Assembly (NCBI GenBank): GCA_038861545.1
Contig: JAWCCZ010000004.1
Span: 64,001-128,000, forward strand
Length of the DNA stretch: 64,000 nucleotides
Reading direction: 5' to 3'
Source of the DNA: Thermofilaceae archaeon
Lineage (GTDB): Archaea > Thermoproteota > Thermoprotei > Thermofilales > Thermofilaceae
How positions within the stretch are numbered: position 1 is the stretch's first letter; every line of letters starts with the position of its first letter. A program made the position numbers and the translations under genes. The notes under the pieces are model-generated. The model was not told the origin of the DNA. It searched no databases and saw nothing but the letters and a program-made list of their open reading frames with translations. Positions 1-9,935 of the stretch are shown here, in pieces.

Positions 1-136
1 ACTTTTATTTGGTTAAGCTTAGCAGCACTCTATATATTTTTGCTGTTCAGTGTGTTCTTATAAAGCTCTTCATCCCGCAATTGCTTATTACGATGGACTT
101 ATAACTCCTTGGCGTAAACTTATCCTAAGGATCATC

Positions 137-367
137 ATGGAAAGCTTTATTGAAAAAAGATTTAAGAAGTATAAGGAAAAATGTAAAAAAGAAGAAGAAA
201 TTGTTGAGGAAATGCTTGGATATCCACATATTACACTTAATATAAGGCTTCCAGATAATTGTGAAAATTTAGCTGATAAGTTTATTAATTTGCCCAATGA
301 TTTAAATTTCATAAAAGAATTAGAAAAATTTATAAAAGAATATTTGATAAAAAGCAAAAATAACTAA
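137..367 (+). CDS. small AT-rich hypothetical protein (or 3' fragment of a foreign gene)
   Basis: ATG at 137 in the 50..367 ORF; Lys/Glu/Asn-rich; markedly more AT-rich than the rest of the window. Confidence 0.4.
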   Translation: MESFIEKRFKKYKEKCKKEEEIVEEMLGYPHITLNIRLPDNCENLADKFINLPNDLNFIKELEKFIKEYLIKSKNN

Positions 368-435
368 GATTTATAAACAAGCATCCACCTCCGTAAGATA
401 GTAAGACTTTTAATATCACTTGAGGGTTAACGCTT

Positions 436-1263
436 ATGAGACTAGGAATTTCAACCTATTCATATTGGCATTTTAGGGGATATAAATCCCCTCTGAAAAA
501 CTACATAAAGTGGGCCTTCGAGGATGGTTTCGATGGAGTAGAGGTACTCGTAAACCATGTCGAATCGAAAGCTAAAAGCTATTTAAAAGAGATAAAACGT
601 TTAGCATTTAATTACGGTTTAGATATTTACGCTTTAGCTCTTCATAATAACTTCCTCAAGCCAGATCCGTTAGAGCGTGAAGCTCAAGTTAAGTATGTGA
701 TAAACTGGTTGGATGTAGCACATGTATTGGGTGCCAGCATAGTGAGGATTAACTCGGGTCGATGGGGTACGGTTAAAAGCTTTGATGAGTTAATGGCAAG
801 GAAGGGAGTTGAACCCCCGCTTGAAGGTTACACAGAGATGGATGCTATCGAATGGGTTGTGGACTCTATTTATTGTTGCCTCGATAAAGCTGAAGATTTG
901 GGAATTATCCTCGGACTCGAGAACCATTGGGGATTAACAACGAAAGCTGAGACGATGCTGGAAATAGTTAAAAGGGTTGAATCGAAGTGGCTTGGCGTTA
1001 TAATGGACACAGGAAACTTTGTTCATGACACTTATACAGAGCTTGAAATGATAGCCCCCTACACGGTAATGGTCCATGCGAAAACTTACTTCGGTGAAGG
1101 TGAATGGTACTCTCTTGAGCTCGACTATAACCGTATATTTAACATGCTCGAAAAGTATAGCTTCAGAGGTTGGATATCGTTAGAGTATGAGGGTAAAGAG
1201 GATTACCGTGAGGGAGTAAGGAAGAGTTGGGAGCTACTTAGACAGTTTGTGCGAATTAACTAA
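436..1263 (+). CDS. sugar phosphate isomerase/epimerase family (xylose isomerase-like TIM barrel)
   Basis: GFDGVE, LGLENH, MDTGN, VHAK and SLEYEG metal-binding motifs; TTTAATA box about 25 nt upstream of the ATG (leaderless). Confidence 0.85.
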   Translation: MRLGISTYSYWHFRGYKSPLKNYIKWAFEDGFDGVEVLVNHVESKAKSYLKEIKRLAFNYGLDIYALALHNNFLKPDPLEREAQVKYVINWLDVAHVLGASIVRINSGRWGTVKSFDELMARKGVEPPLEGYTEMDAIEWVVDSIYCCLDKAEDLGIILGLENHWGLTTKAETMLEIVKRVESKWLGVIMDTGNFVHDTYTELEMIAPYTVMVHAKTYFGEGEWYSLELDYNRIFNMLEKYSFRGWISLEYEGKEDYREGVRKSWELLRQFVRIN

Positions 1264-1267
1264 CTGG

Positions 1268-2335
1268 TTATTCACTTTGCAAGGATTTGGTCGACAACGT
1301 AGTTTCACGTAAACTCTTCAGTGGTGGAGTCTTAACTGTAATCGGCGGTTTTTCGGGGACAAGTCCACCTGGTCTCCTCATTATAATAACTATTAACACT
1401 ATTCCAAGTATGATGTAAGATACATAATTTACATCAAATGGCATAGGTATTAAATGCTTCGTAAATGTAATTATCCTATCCACAAGCATGTATACTGCAG
1501 CGCCTATGGGAGGCCCCAGGGGGTTCCCGCGTCCGCCAAGCACTACCATTAACACTACCAGGAATGTTTTAGAGACTGTAAAATCATCCGGGTTTACTGA
1601 ACCTATATAGAAAGCGTAAAGAACACCAGCTAGTGCTGCCATTCCGGATCCTATTGCCATAGTCCAAGCTCTCAGCCTGGCAACGTCTTTGCCAAAAGCT
1701 TTAGCAGCTATTTCATCATCCCTTATAGCCCTAAGCGCCCGGCCGAAAGGCGAAGTAGAGAGTTTACGGTATCCTACCCAAACACATGCTGCGATGAAAG
1801 ATGATATACAAAGTTTAGCTAGTTCACGCCAAGGACTATCCAACCAAGCTAAGAAGTCGGGTACACCTGCTCCGAAAGTCCCTCCAACAAGTGGCTCATA
1901 GTTACGTGTTATGATCCTTACAAGCTCGCTAAACGCGATAAGGCTTATTGCTAAGTAGTCCTCCGGCAAACGTAGTGCAGGGTAGGAGGCTAAAATACCT
2001 AATGCCATAGCGGTAACTAAAGCTATGAGCATAGGGATAGTAAATATAATTAAGCCTATGAGCGGATTCCTGGCTATACTAGAAGACACTAATGTGGTAT
2101 AGTAGTAACTTTTCAACTTAAATTCACCTTCCCAAGTTATCCCAGCTAAGAAAGCACCTAACCTAACCGATGAAGCTCCAACAGCAAAAGCGCCAACAGC
2201 GAAGAAAGCGGCTTTCGCGAAGTTGGGTAAACCCAGCTCACCATATTCAAGCTCCATAGATGTGGCTAGTATCAAGTATATCGAGTACAAGGTACCTATA
2301 CTAAGCGCGAACATCAAGATCTCCACTTGAACCAC
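1268..2335 (-). CDS. livM: branched-chain amino acid ABC transporter permease (LivM-like)
   Basis: Multi-TM; LRLPEDYLAI, SPFGRALRAIRDDE, VVLGG motifs; operon context. Confidence 0.88.
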   Translation of the reverse strand: MVQVEILMFALSIGTLYSIYLILATSMELEYGELGLPNFAKAAFFAVGAFAVGASSVRLGAFLAGITWEGEFKLKSYYYTTLVSSSIARNPLIGLIIFTIPMLIALVTAMALGILASYPALRLPEDYLAISLIAFSELVRIITRNYEPLVGGTFGAGVPDFLAWLDSPWRELAKLCISSFIAACVWVGYRKLSTSPFGRALRAIRDDEIAAKAFGKDVARLRAWTMAIGSGMAALAGVLYAFYIGSVNPDDFTVSKTFLVVLMVVLGGRGNPLGPPIGAAVYMLVDRIITFTKHLIPMPFDVNYVSYIILGIVLIVIIMRRPGGLVPEKPPITVKTPPLKSLRETTLSTKSLQSE

Positions 2336-3240
2336 CTCTTCCGGTTACCTAGAAAACCGGTTAACCCCCTTGGCGACAACAACAGCGTCACTATAATGGC
2401 GGTAAAGGATACTGCAGGTCTATATGCAGTGCTTAAGCCAATGGATGATAACGAGTACGAAAAAAGGGTCTCGGAAAAACCTATCAGGTAGGCCCCCGCG
2501 ATGCTGCCACTTAAATTGCCAAGCCCCCCCACGGTTACTGATGCAAACATAGATAAGAGTAATGACCAACCAGTATCAGGTGTTACCTGAATCCGGAAAG
2601 GTAGGAAGACTCCAGCAGTAGCTGCGAGGGCTCCTGAAAGAAACCAGCTTATAGCAAACACTTTTTTCACGTTAACGCCTAAAGCTTCAGCTAGACTGGG
2701 GTTCTCTATGGCGGCCCGCATGGCTACTCCAAGGTTTGTCTTGTAAAGGAGAAAGTAAAGCGCAACCATCATAGCTGATGCAATGCAAGCTGACATTATT
2801 AACACGCCCGGCAGGATATAACCAGCAACCTGGAAATGAAAGTCTTTGAACATGAACTGTCTTGTATAAACGCCCAAGGATCTTTGCATTAAATCTGCGT
2901 ATATATGGAGTGTATATCGGATAATCATGTCGACGGCCATTGAAACTACCATTAATGTTGTAAGCTCAGCTTTACTCCTTAAGGGTTCGAACACTATCAA
3001 AAAAGCTACTAAGGAGATTAAACCACCGATAATGAAAGCAACAGGTATACAAAAGTAGGGTGTGATTCCAAGCAGAACGCTGGCTGTATAGGCAGCGTAA
3101 ACTCCAACAGTTGCAAAGTCCCCATGAGCGAAATTCGAGACTTTGCATGTAAGGAGAGCTATGCTTAGACCTACTGCTAATAGCGCTAAAAGGTTACTAT
3201 ACACTAGAGCTCCTACAAGGACATCAATCATATCTGACAC
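2314..3240 (-). CDS. livH: branched-chain amino acid ABC transporter permease (LivH-like)
   Basis: NFAHGDF, GVAMRAAIEN, VGGLG motifs. Confidence 0.88.
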   Translation of the reverse strand: MSDMIDVLVGALVYSNLLALLAVGLSIALLTCKVSNFAHGDFATVGVYAAYTASVLLGITPYFCIPVAFIIGGLISLVAFLIVFEPLRSKAELTTLMVVSMAVDMIIRYTLHIYADLMQRSLGVYTRQFMFKDFHFQVAGYILPGVLIMSACIASAMMVALYFLLYKTNLGVAMRAAIENPSLAEALGVNVKKVFAISWFLSGALAATAGVFLPFRIQVTPDTGWSLLLSMFASVTVGGLGNLSGSIAGAYLIGFSETLFSYSLSSIGLSTAYRPAVSFTAIIVTLLLSPRGLTGFLGNRKRWFKWRS

Positions 3241-3960
3241 CTAGAGACCGAGATACATTTTAGCAAGCTCTTTATTTTCAAGTAAATCCTGGGCATTTCC
3301 GAGAAACCTAATACGACCCGACACCATGAGCAATGCCTTATCGCCAATCTCAAGTGCAGCTCTTGCGTTCTGCTCTACAAGCAATACAGATACCCCTCTA
3401 TCATCCCTTAAAGCTAAGGCTTTTTTTAATACTTGAGAAGCTAAACGAGGGGCTAGAGCTGTAGTGGGTTCATCGAACATCACAAGCGATGGATTACGAA
3501 GAAGACTCATAGCTAGAGCTACCATTTGACGCTCACCTCCGCTGAGCACCCTGACTTTTTTCTGCATAAAACCTTTAAGCTCAGGCAGAAACGAAAGCAC
3601 ATTCTCTAATCTATCTTTCAATTCTTCCTGCATGATATCGTGAGCAGCTAACGCTAAATTCTCTTGCACGGTCAAGCCCTCAAAAACATTATTCACTTGA
3701 GGAAGGTAAGCCACACCTTTCATTGAGCGCCTATAAGGTGGTAAACGTGTCAAATCCTCTCCGCGGAATAAAACTTCACCTTTGAAAACCCTACATAGCC
3801 CGAAAAGCGCTTTCAGGAGAGTACTTTTACCGCTGCCGTTTGGCCCAACAACAACGAGTATCTCTTTTTCATTAGAACTGAACGAGATCCCATTTATAAT
3901 TTCAACTTTTCCATAACCGGCACTGAGGTCGTTAACTTCTAAGAGCGACATTTTAACCAC
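3241..3960 (-). CDS. livF: branched-chain amino acid ABC transporter ATPase (LivF-like)
   Basis: Walker A GPNGSGKST, LSGGERQM, FDEP, LVEQN. Confidence 0.9.
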   Translation of the reverse strand: MVKMSLLEVNDLSAGYGKVEIINGISFSSNEKEILVVVGPNGSGKSTLLKALFGLCRVFKGEVLFRGEDLTRLPPYRRSMKGVAYLPQVNNVFEGLTVQENLALAAHDIMQEELKDRLENVLSFLPELKGFMQKKVRVLSGGERQMVALAMSLLRNPSLVMFDEPTTALAPRLASQVLKKALALRDDRGVSVLLVEQNARAALEIGDKALLMVSGRIRFLGNAQDLLENKELAKMYLGL

Positions 3961-4714
3961 TCAGGTAGGCTTCAATTACTGTTGGATCTTTCACTACTTT
4001 ATCGGGCGGCCCCTCCGATATAACACGACCGTGATGAAGAACATATACATAGGTAGCGTATCGAAGCGCCACATCTAACCTGTGCTCGACCATGAGGAAG
4101 GTAACCCCTAATTCATTGCGTAGGTACACTAGATGTTTCATGATCCCTTCGGCTAGAGAAGGGTTTACACCTGCAAGGGGTTCGTCGAGAAGTAGAAGTG
4201 AGGGATTACCCATAAGAGCACGTGCTAATTCAAGAAGTTTCATTTGACCCCCGCTTAACTCGTAAGCAGGGGAATCCCACATATGGTCTAAGTTTAAGAG
4301 CTCTAATAGCTTAAATGCCTTCTCAATATGCACATGCTCAGCTTTTCTCCAGCTTCTTCGCGTGAGGATTAATATAGGATTTTCAATGCCGCTCTCCCAT
4401 GGGATTAAAACGTTCTCTAGGACGCTCAACGAATAAAATAGACGAGGTATTTGAAAAGTTCTAGTTATGCCTAACTCGTACCTGCGATAGGGTGGCAGCT
4501 TGGTTATATTTTCCCCCTTGAAAAGCAGCCTTCCCGCGTCAGGTTCAAGCACTCCGCTAACTATGTTGAGTAACGTAGTTTTACCACTGCCATTAGGACC
4601 TATGAGTAGCGTTAGAGAATACCTGCTTACCTCGACAGTAACATCATCGAGAGCTCGAATTCCTCCAAAACTCTTACCTAATTTATCTGCGAGAAAAAGA
4701 GGAGGACTATTCAA
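3953..4714 (-). CDS. livG: branched-chain amino acid ABC transporter ATPase (LivG-like)
   Basis: KSFGG, GPNGSGKTT, RTFQ, LDEPLAG, VEH, C-terminal EAYL. Confidence 0.9.
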   Translation of the reverse strand: MNSPPLFLADKLGKSFGGIRALDDVTVEVSRYSLTLLIGPNGSGKTTLLNIVSGVLEPDAGRLLFKGENITKLPPYRRYELGITRTFQIPRLFYSLSVLENVLIPWESGIENPILILTRRSWRKAEHVHIEKAFKLLELLNLDHMWDSPAYELSGGQMKLLELARALMGNPSLLLLDEPLAGVNPSLAEGIMKHLVYLRNELGVTFLMVEHRLDVALRYATYVYVLHHGRVISEGPPDKVVKDPTVIEAYLSG

Positions 4715-4729
4715 TAATTCTTCACCCGG

Positions 4730-6001
4730 CTATCCTTCCGCTCTCGTTACGCTATCCGTATCTATGTGGTAAATGGCTACAAGCTTCCAGTCGAAACCCG
4801 TTGTCGTCCTGACTAGTTGGTATACACCATAGTCTCCTGCCGCTCTATCCCCGCTTGAGTCTAATGCGACTGTACCAGTTATACCGTAATACCTGGTCGC
4901 GACCAAGGGCATTACCTGTGCTATTTTTTCGCCATCGTACTCGCCGGATATCATGACGGATAAAGCTATAAGCCAGGCCGCGTCATAGCTGTTCATCGAG
5001 TAAGAATCTGGCTCTTCACCAAACCTGCTTTTGAACCTAGAAATGAAGTTGTCTTGTAGAGGGTTACCGGGGGGCACGAAGACCGTACAGGGTAGACCTC
5101 CAATCGCGATCGTTTCAGAGCTGGCTTCCTCGATCAGCTTCGAGTTCTTTGCAAGACCGTCAGTTCCATACCATTTCAATTTCGATAATATTGGGTTCTG
5201 TGCGGCTAGTTTTATAATAGGTATTCCCTCTTCAAATGATATTATTAGAACCGCTACATCTGATCCAAGTTTACCAGCAACATCCGCTAATTTGGCCACC
5301 TCACTTGAGAATTCCGCTGAATTCGGATCGTAGGGAACCCCTTCAACCGTGCCACCTAATCCTCTAAATCTATCTCTAAAGCTCTCGAATAAGCCCACTC
5401 CCCAAGCGTCGTTCGAATATATGACAGCGGCCTTTCGGAATCCATCGTTCCAAATTAATCTAGCAAGTGCTTTACCCTGGTATGTGTCTGGGGGTACAAC
5501 TCTGAATACAAAATCGCCAGCTATCGATAAAGCAGGAGCGGTTGATGACTGGCTGATAACTATTAATTTACGATCATCGGCAAAGGGCTTAACGGATGAA
5601 ACTTCCCTGCTAGCCATCGGACCTATAAACGCCTTAACTCCTTGGGCTGCGAGAGCCTCGATCTTAGATCGAGCTGTTTGTGGATCTGTAGCTGTGTCTT
5701 CGATTTTTAACTTAAATCTAAACTTGCTTCCTGTAGACTGTGCAAACGAATTAATATCTTCGATTGCTATTTCTAAGGAACGTTGATTACGTTTACCAAA
5801 TGAGGATAACCCGCCTGTTAAAGGGAGCAATGCTCCAATGTCGATAGTTACTGTTTCCTGCTCAGCTGGAGCAGGAGCTGGTAATACAAAGCGATCAACA
5901 GCTATTCCGGCAGCAATACCTGCCACAAGGCAGATAATCAATAGCGCGGCAGCTTTAGCCGGGAAGGCTCCTATTTTCTTAACTGACACCTTTGTCCTCA
6001 T
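4730..6001 (-). CDS. Liv-type ABC substrate-binding protein, N-terminally membrane-anchored
   Basis: N-terminal TM; IGALLPLTG, EDTATDP, FRVVPPD, YDAA, GITG motifs of type I periplasmic binding proteins. Confidence 0.88.
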   Translation of the reverse strand: MRTKVSVKKIGAFPAKAAALLIICLVAGIAAGIAVDRFVLPAPAPAEQETVTIDIGALLPLTGGLSSFGKRNQRSLEIAIEDINSFAQSTGSKFRFKLKIEDTATDPQTARSKIEALAAQGVKAFIGPMASREVSSVKPFADDRKLIVISQSSTAPALSIAGDFVFRVVPPDTYQGKALARLIWNDGFRKAAVIYSNDAWGVGLFESFRDRFRGLGGTVEGVPYDPNSAEFSSEVAKLADVAGKLGSDVAVLIISFEEGIPIIKLAAQNPILSKLKWYGTDGLAKNSKLIEEASSETIAIGGLPCTVFVPPGNPLQDNFISRFKSRFGEEPDSYSMNSYDAAWLIALSVMISGEYDGEKIAQVMPLVATRYYGITGTVALDSSGDRAAGDYGVYQLVRTTTGFDWKLVAIYHIDTDSVTRAEG

Positions 6002-6154
6002 TAGAGCACCCCATTCGTTATCCTTTTATAAGTGTTTTCATCCAGAAACAGACATCCATCATGTATTAAATTTTAATTATATAAAAACTTTATTACACTA
6101 ATATATAAAAAGTGCAAGCATTACTAATATTTAAGATAACCATTTCGTAGAATT

Positions 6155-6895
6155 GTGACGCAAATAGCTATCTTGGGTAGTGCGGGGAGTGCTCCTTGGG
6201 CGCATAAAAACCTACCAAGCGTATTTATTGATGGCACTCTATTCGACTGCGGAGAGGGGGTTACCCGAGCCTTAGCGGAGCTCGATCTTTTAGATAAAGT
6301 TGAGCGAGTTTTTCTTACCCATATGCATATGGATCACGTGTCTGGTCTTCCGACATTGCTGCAGCTATATGCACTATCCGGAATAAAGGATGAAGTTTCT
6401 ATTATTGTTCCACTAAGTTGTAAGGATAAACTTCTTACTTTTTTGAATTCGCTTCATGTAGCAGGTAAGCTAAAATTAAATATATATGAAATACATGCCG
6501 ATGAATCACTAGGTTCGGTTAAAGCTTGTAAAGCCCTCCATTCAACCGAGGCTTTAGCCTATAAAATATTCGCTAGCAACGAGAAGATAGTTTACACTGG
6601 GGATACGGCACCGTGTAGTGAAGTTTTGGAGCTCTCCAGAGGGTGTAGTGTGATTATACATGAGTCCACATTACCTCCTGAGAAAGAGGAGCTAGTCAAG
6701 GTACTAGGTCATTCAACCCCGCGCGATGCTGGACGAGTTGCCGAAGACGCCGGAGCAAAAACTTTAGTTTTATTTCATCTTCCATATTTCTATTACCGAG
6801 GTCCAGGTTTCCTGGAGAAATTCATTAAGGTAGCTGCCAGCGAATTTACTGGCAACATAGTCATACCTGATGAACCACAATTCCTTGAATTATGA
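6155..6895 (+). CDS. metallo-beta-lactamase fold hydrolase, RNase Z-like
   Basis: FDCGEG, THMHMDH, YTGDT, HEST, GHST motifs. Confidence 0.8.
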   Translation: MTQIAILGSAGSAPWAHKNLPSVFIDGTLFDCGEGVTRALAELDLLDKVERVFLTHMHMDHVSGLPTLLQLYALSGIKDEVSIIVPLSCKDKLLTFLNSLHVAGKLKLNIYEIHADESLGSVKACKALHSTEALAYKIFASNEKIVYTGDTAPCSEVLELSRGCSVIIHESTLPPEKEELVKVLGHSTPRDAGRVAEDAGAKTLVLFHLPYFYYRGPGFLEKFIKVAASEFTGNIVIPDEPQFLEL

Positions 6896-6916
6896 GAGGA
6901 ATAGTTTTTACACCCC

Positions 6917-7624
6917 TTGAGCAGCAGCCATGCTATGCTACCGTCGATAGATCTACACATACATAGCCAGTTCTCACCATGCGCTGAGAACGTAACTATG
7001 TTAGACGACGCTAGAGTAGCCGTTGAAAAGGGCTTGCAACTGGTCGCTATCACCGATCATGGTACTGTTAGACACCCAGCTTGGCTCAACAAATACCTTA
7101 AGGAACTTGAGCGCGTTAAGGAGGTTTTCGGAGATAAATTAACTATTTTGAGTGGGATGGAGGTAGATATAATTGAGGGAGGTAAGCTTGCGGTTAGTAG
7201 GGAAATAATAAAATCTCTTGAAATCATCGTAGCTTCAATACACGTGGTGCCAGTAGGTGTCGGTATTATAGAATATTGGAGAAAAAGTTTGCTTAAAGCT
7301 ATCAAAGGAGGATATGTGAAGGTCTTAGGCCATCCCACAGACATAGGGTGGAAGAAGATTGCTCCACCTGTGGATTACGTACTCGAAGTTTTAGACGAGG
7401 CCAGAGAAGCTGAAGTTGCTATTGAAATTAATTTTCACCATAAGGATCCACATTTAAGTTTTCTGAAGTCCGCTGTGGAGAGGAAAGTAAAGTTAGTGCC
7501 CAATTCTGATGCACATAACTTATCAGAGATCGGGATGAGGAAGTGGCATTTAGAACAAATAAAAATTGTGTGTTCTCAGCCTGATAGCCTCAACTGGCTG
7601 AAGATTGAGGACCTCTTAACTTAG
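6917..7624 (+). CDS. PHP domain phosphoesterase (YcdX/HisPPase-like)
   Basis: DLHIHS, ITDH, GMEVD, GHP, SDAH motifs. Confidence 0.88.
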   Translation: MSSSHAMLPSIDLHIHSQFSPCAENVTMLDDARVAVEKGLQLVAITDHGTVRHPAWLNKYLKELERVKEVFGDKLTILSGMEVDIIEGGKLAVSREIIKSLEIIVASIHVVPVGVGIIEYWRKSLLKAIKGGYVKVLGHPTDIGWKKIAPPVDYVLEVLDEAREAEVAIEINFHHKDPHLSFLKSAVERKVKLVPNSDAHNLSEIGMRKWHLEQIKIVCSQPDSLNWLKIEDLLT

Positions 7625-7667
7625 ATTTACCGTTTAGCTTTTTAAGTAACCCTTACAGTTAAAGTCG

Positions 7668-8912
7668 ATGGAAAAAATCGGTGTTGGAATAATTGGCTCC
7701 GGTTTTGCAGCTAAATTCCATGTCAAGGGGTGGGTCGGAGTTCGAAACTCTGAGATATCTGCCGTATATAGTAGGACGGAGGTGCATGCAAAAGAACTCG
7801 CTGCTCTTTGCGAGCAATTAGGTGTTGGAAAACCCAGGGTTTACACCGATATCCACAGCATGCTTCAGGATCCCACAATCAATGCTGTATGGGTTACATC
7901 GCCCAATTACACGAGGCTCGAAGTGGTGAGAGCTATAGCTGAGGAGGCCAGGCAGGGTAAAGGTAATTTAGTAGGTGTTGCCTGTGAAAAACCTTTGGCA
8001 AGGAATGTAAGAGAGGCACGTGAAATGCTGAATTTAGTCGAGAAAGCTGGTCTTCTTCACGGTTATTTGGAGAACCAGGTTTTCATGCCATCGGTGATGC
8101 GGGGTAAAGAAGTAGTTTGGAGATTTGGAGCCAAGTACAGTGGGAGACCTTACCTGGCTAGAGCCGCGGAGGAGCATGGGGGACCTCACGCTTCCTGGTT
8201 CTGGAAACCAACTCTTTCCGGGGGAGGTGTCCTGCTCGATATGATGTGTCATAGCCTTGAGGCTGCTAGATATGTAATGTGGAGCCCGGAACGTGGAAAG
8301 GATAGCATTAAGCCGAAGAAAATTTGGGGTGACATAGCTTCACTTAAATGGACTAGAAGAAATTACGCTGAACAACTTAGACAAATCTATGGTGCAGACT
8401 ACAATGCTGAGCCTGCTGAGGATTATGCTACAGCAGTTGTAATCTATGAGGATGAAGAAGGGAGTATCGCACTTACAGAGACCCATACTTCCTGGTCGTT
8501 TATTGGAGCCGGCCTAAGGCTTTCATTCGAAGTCTTGGGACCCGAGTACTCCCTCTCGATAAATACCCTGCAACCAGAACTTTTCACGTTTTTCAGTAGA
8601 CATGTAAAAATCCCTCCGAGTGAAGAATTTGTCGAAAAACAAAATTCTGACCAGGGGTTAATGCCAGTTATTCCGGATGAGGCGGTAACATACGGTTATC
8701 AAGCGGAAGATCGCTATATGATCGAATGTTTTCTTAGAGGAAAACAGCCTGGCGAAAATTGGCGGGATGGTCTACTTATAGTCCAACTAATGATGCTAGC
8801 TTATTTAAGCGCGGAAAAAGGACAGAAGTTAAACTTTGACCCAACACTTGTTGAGGACTATATACCACTTGTCCAGAGAGGTGGCTGGAAGCCTAAAGCC
8901 GTACTAATGTAA
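7668..8912 (+). CDS. Gfo/Idh/MocA family NAD(P)-dependent oxidoreductase
   Basis: GIIGSGF Rossmann motif, CEKP, GGGVLLDMMCH. Confidence 0.9.
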   Translation: MEKIGVGIIGSGFAAKFHVKGWVGVRNSEISAVYSRTEVHAKELAALCEQLGVGKPRVYTDIHSMLQDPTINAVWVTSPNYTRLEVVRAIAEEARQGKGNLVGVACEKPLARNVREAREMLNLVEKAGLLHGYLENQVFMPSVMRGKEVVWRFGAKYSGRPYLARAAEEHGGPHASWFWKPTLSGGGVLLDMMCHSLEAARYVMWSPERGKDSIKPKKIWGDIASLKWTRRNYAEQLRQIYGADYNAEPAEDYATAVVIYEDEEGSIALTETHTSWSFIGAGLRLSFEVLGPEYSLSINTLQPELFTFFSRHVKIPPSEEFVEKQNSDQGLMPVIPDEAVTYGYQAEDRYMIECFLRGKQPGENWRDGLLIVQLMMLAYLSAEKGQKLNFDPTLVEDYIPLVQRGGWKPKAVLM

Positions 8913-8963
8913 AACAATAATAAAAATTACTTTACCTTTTTATTAATTATTAAGGTTTCCAAG

Positions 8964-9887
8964 TCACCTTATGCATCGAGCGAAAGCTGTCAGTAGAACT
9001 CCTTTAGCTGCTTCTAACGGCTCTCTCCAGGTTTGCCCATCCTCCGGTTTAATTTCAAAACCTATATAACCGCTATAACCAATTTCAAGGAGTACTCTAA
9101 GCAAATCTGCGACCTCTTCGACTCCGTTCACCGAGCCTGGTCTATAAAAACCCGGATGTGTATCTACGAGCCGCCCGTCAGGTAAACGCTTAGCGCAACC
9201 GATATGGATGTGAGCCAAGTGGTTGCGCGCAATTTTGAGGTCTTCTGGCTTCTCATCAAGCATCGGAGCATGGCTTAAATCCCATAGCAAGCCGAAGTTT
9301 TCATGGAATTCTTTTACTTCGCAAGCAACCTCTACGGCATCATGGAGAGAGCCTATAAGCTGTTTTCGGTCCCATTCCCTATCAAAAGTCTCAAGGATTA
9401 AAGTAATCCCTAACCTGCTAGCTTCGGCTGTAAGCTCATTCAGGCTCTTGACTAAAGCGTCCTTCGCCGCTTCTCGATTTTCCATGCCTGGATCCTGTCC
9501 ACTACATAGAGCAACCTTTCTAGCACCTCGCTTAAAGGAGACATGAAGAGCTTTCGAAATAAACTCTACAGATTTCTTTCGCTCTTCTTCTTTAAGCGAG
9601 CAAAGGTTAACTCCCTGTGATAGAACTAACGGTTGTAGACTGACGACTATTTCAACATTAGCTGTCTCGATTAAACGGGAAGCAATTTCCCAGGAGTTAT
9701 CATCCATCAAGTTAATCTCAAACATTCTGAAGATACTGTCCTTCACTAGCGGTTCAAAGGTCTCCTTAACGGATGCAGGATCTCCGCTTGTAACACGGGG
9801 ATTCGCTATAAATACTACTAAGCTGAGATCCCAGGGAAATTTGCAGAAAGCTTCAAGCTGTCCCTTTCGCACGTTGATTGAAAACAT
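8964..9887 (-). CDS. sugar phosphate isomerase/epimerase family TIM barrel protein
   Basis: LILE, WDLSH, HIHIG, D-x-HP, GFEIK motifs. Confidence 0.8.
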   Translation of the reverse strand: MFSINVRKGQLEAFCKFPWDLSLVVFIANPRVTSGDPASVKETFEPLVKDSIFRMFEINLMDDNSWEIASRLIETANVEIVVSLQPLVLSQGVNLCSLKEEERKKSVEFISKALHVSFKRGARKVALCSGQDPGMENREAAKDALVKSLNELTAEASRLGITLILETFDREWDRKQLIGSLHDAVEVACEVKEFHENFGLLWDLSHAPMLDEKPEDLKIARNHLAHIHIGCAKRLPDGRLVDTHPGFYRPGSVNGVEEVADLLRVLLEIGYSGYIGFEIKPEDGQTWREPLEAAKGVLLTAFARCIR

Positions 9888-9935
9888 GTTCTCAAGGGAA
9901 ATATTTTAACTGGTAGATAAATACCTCGTCTTTAT

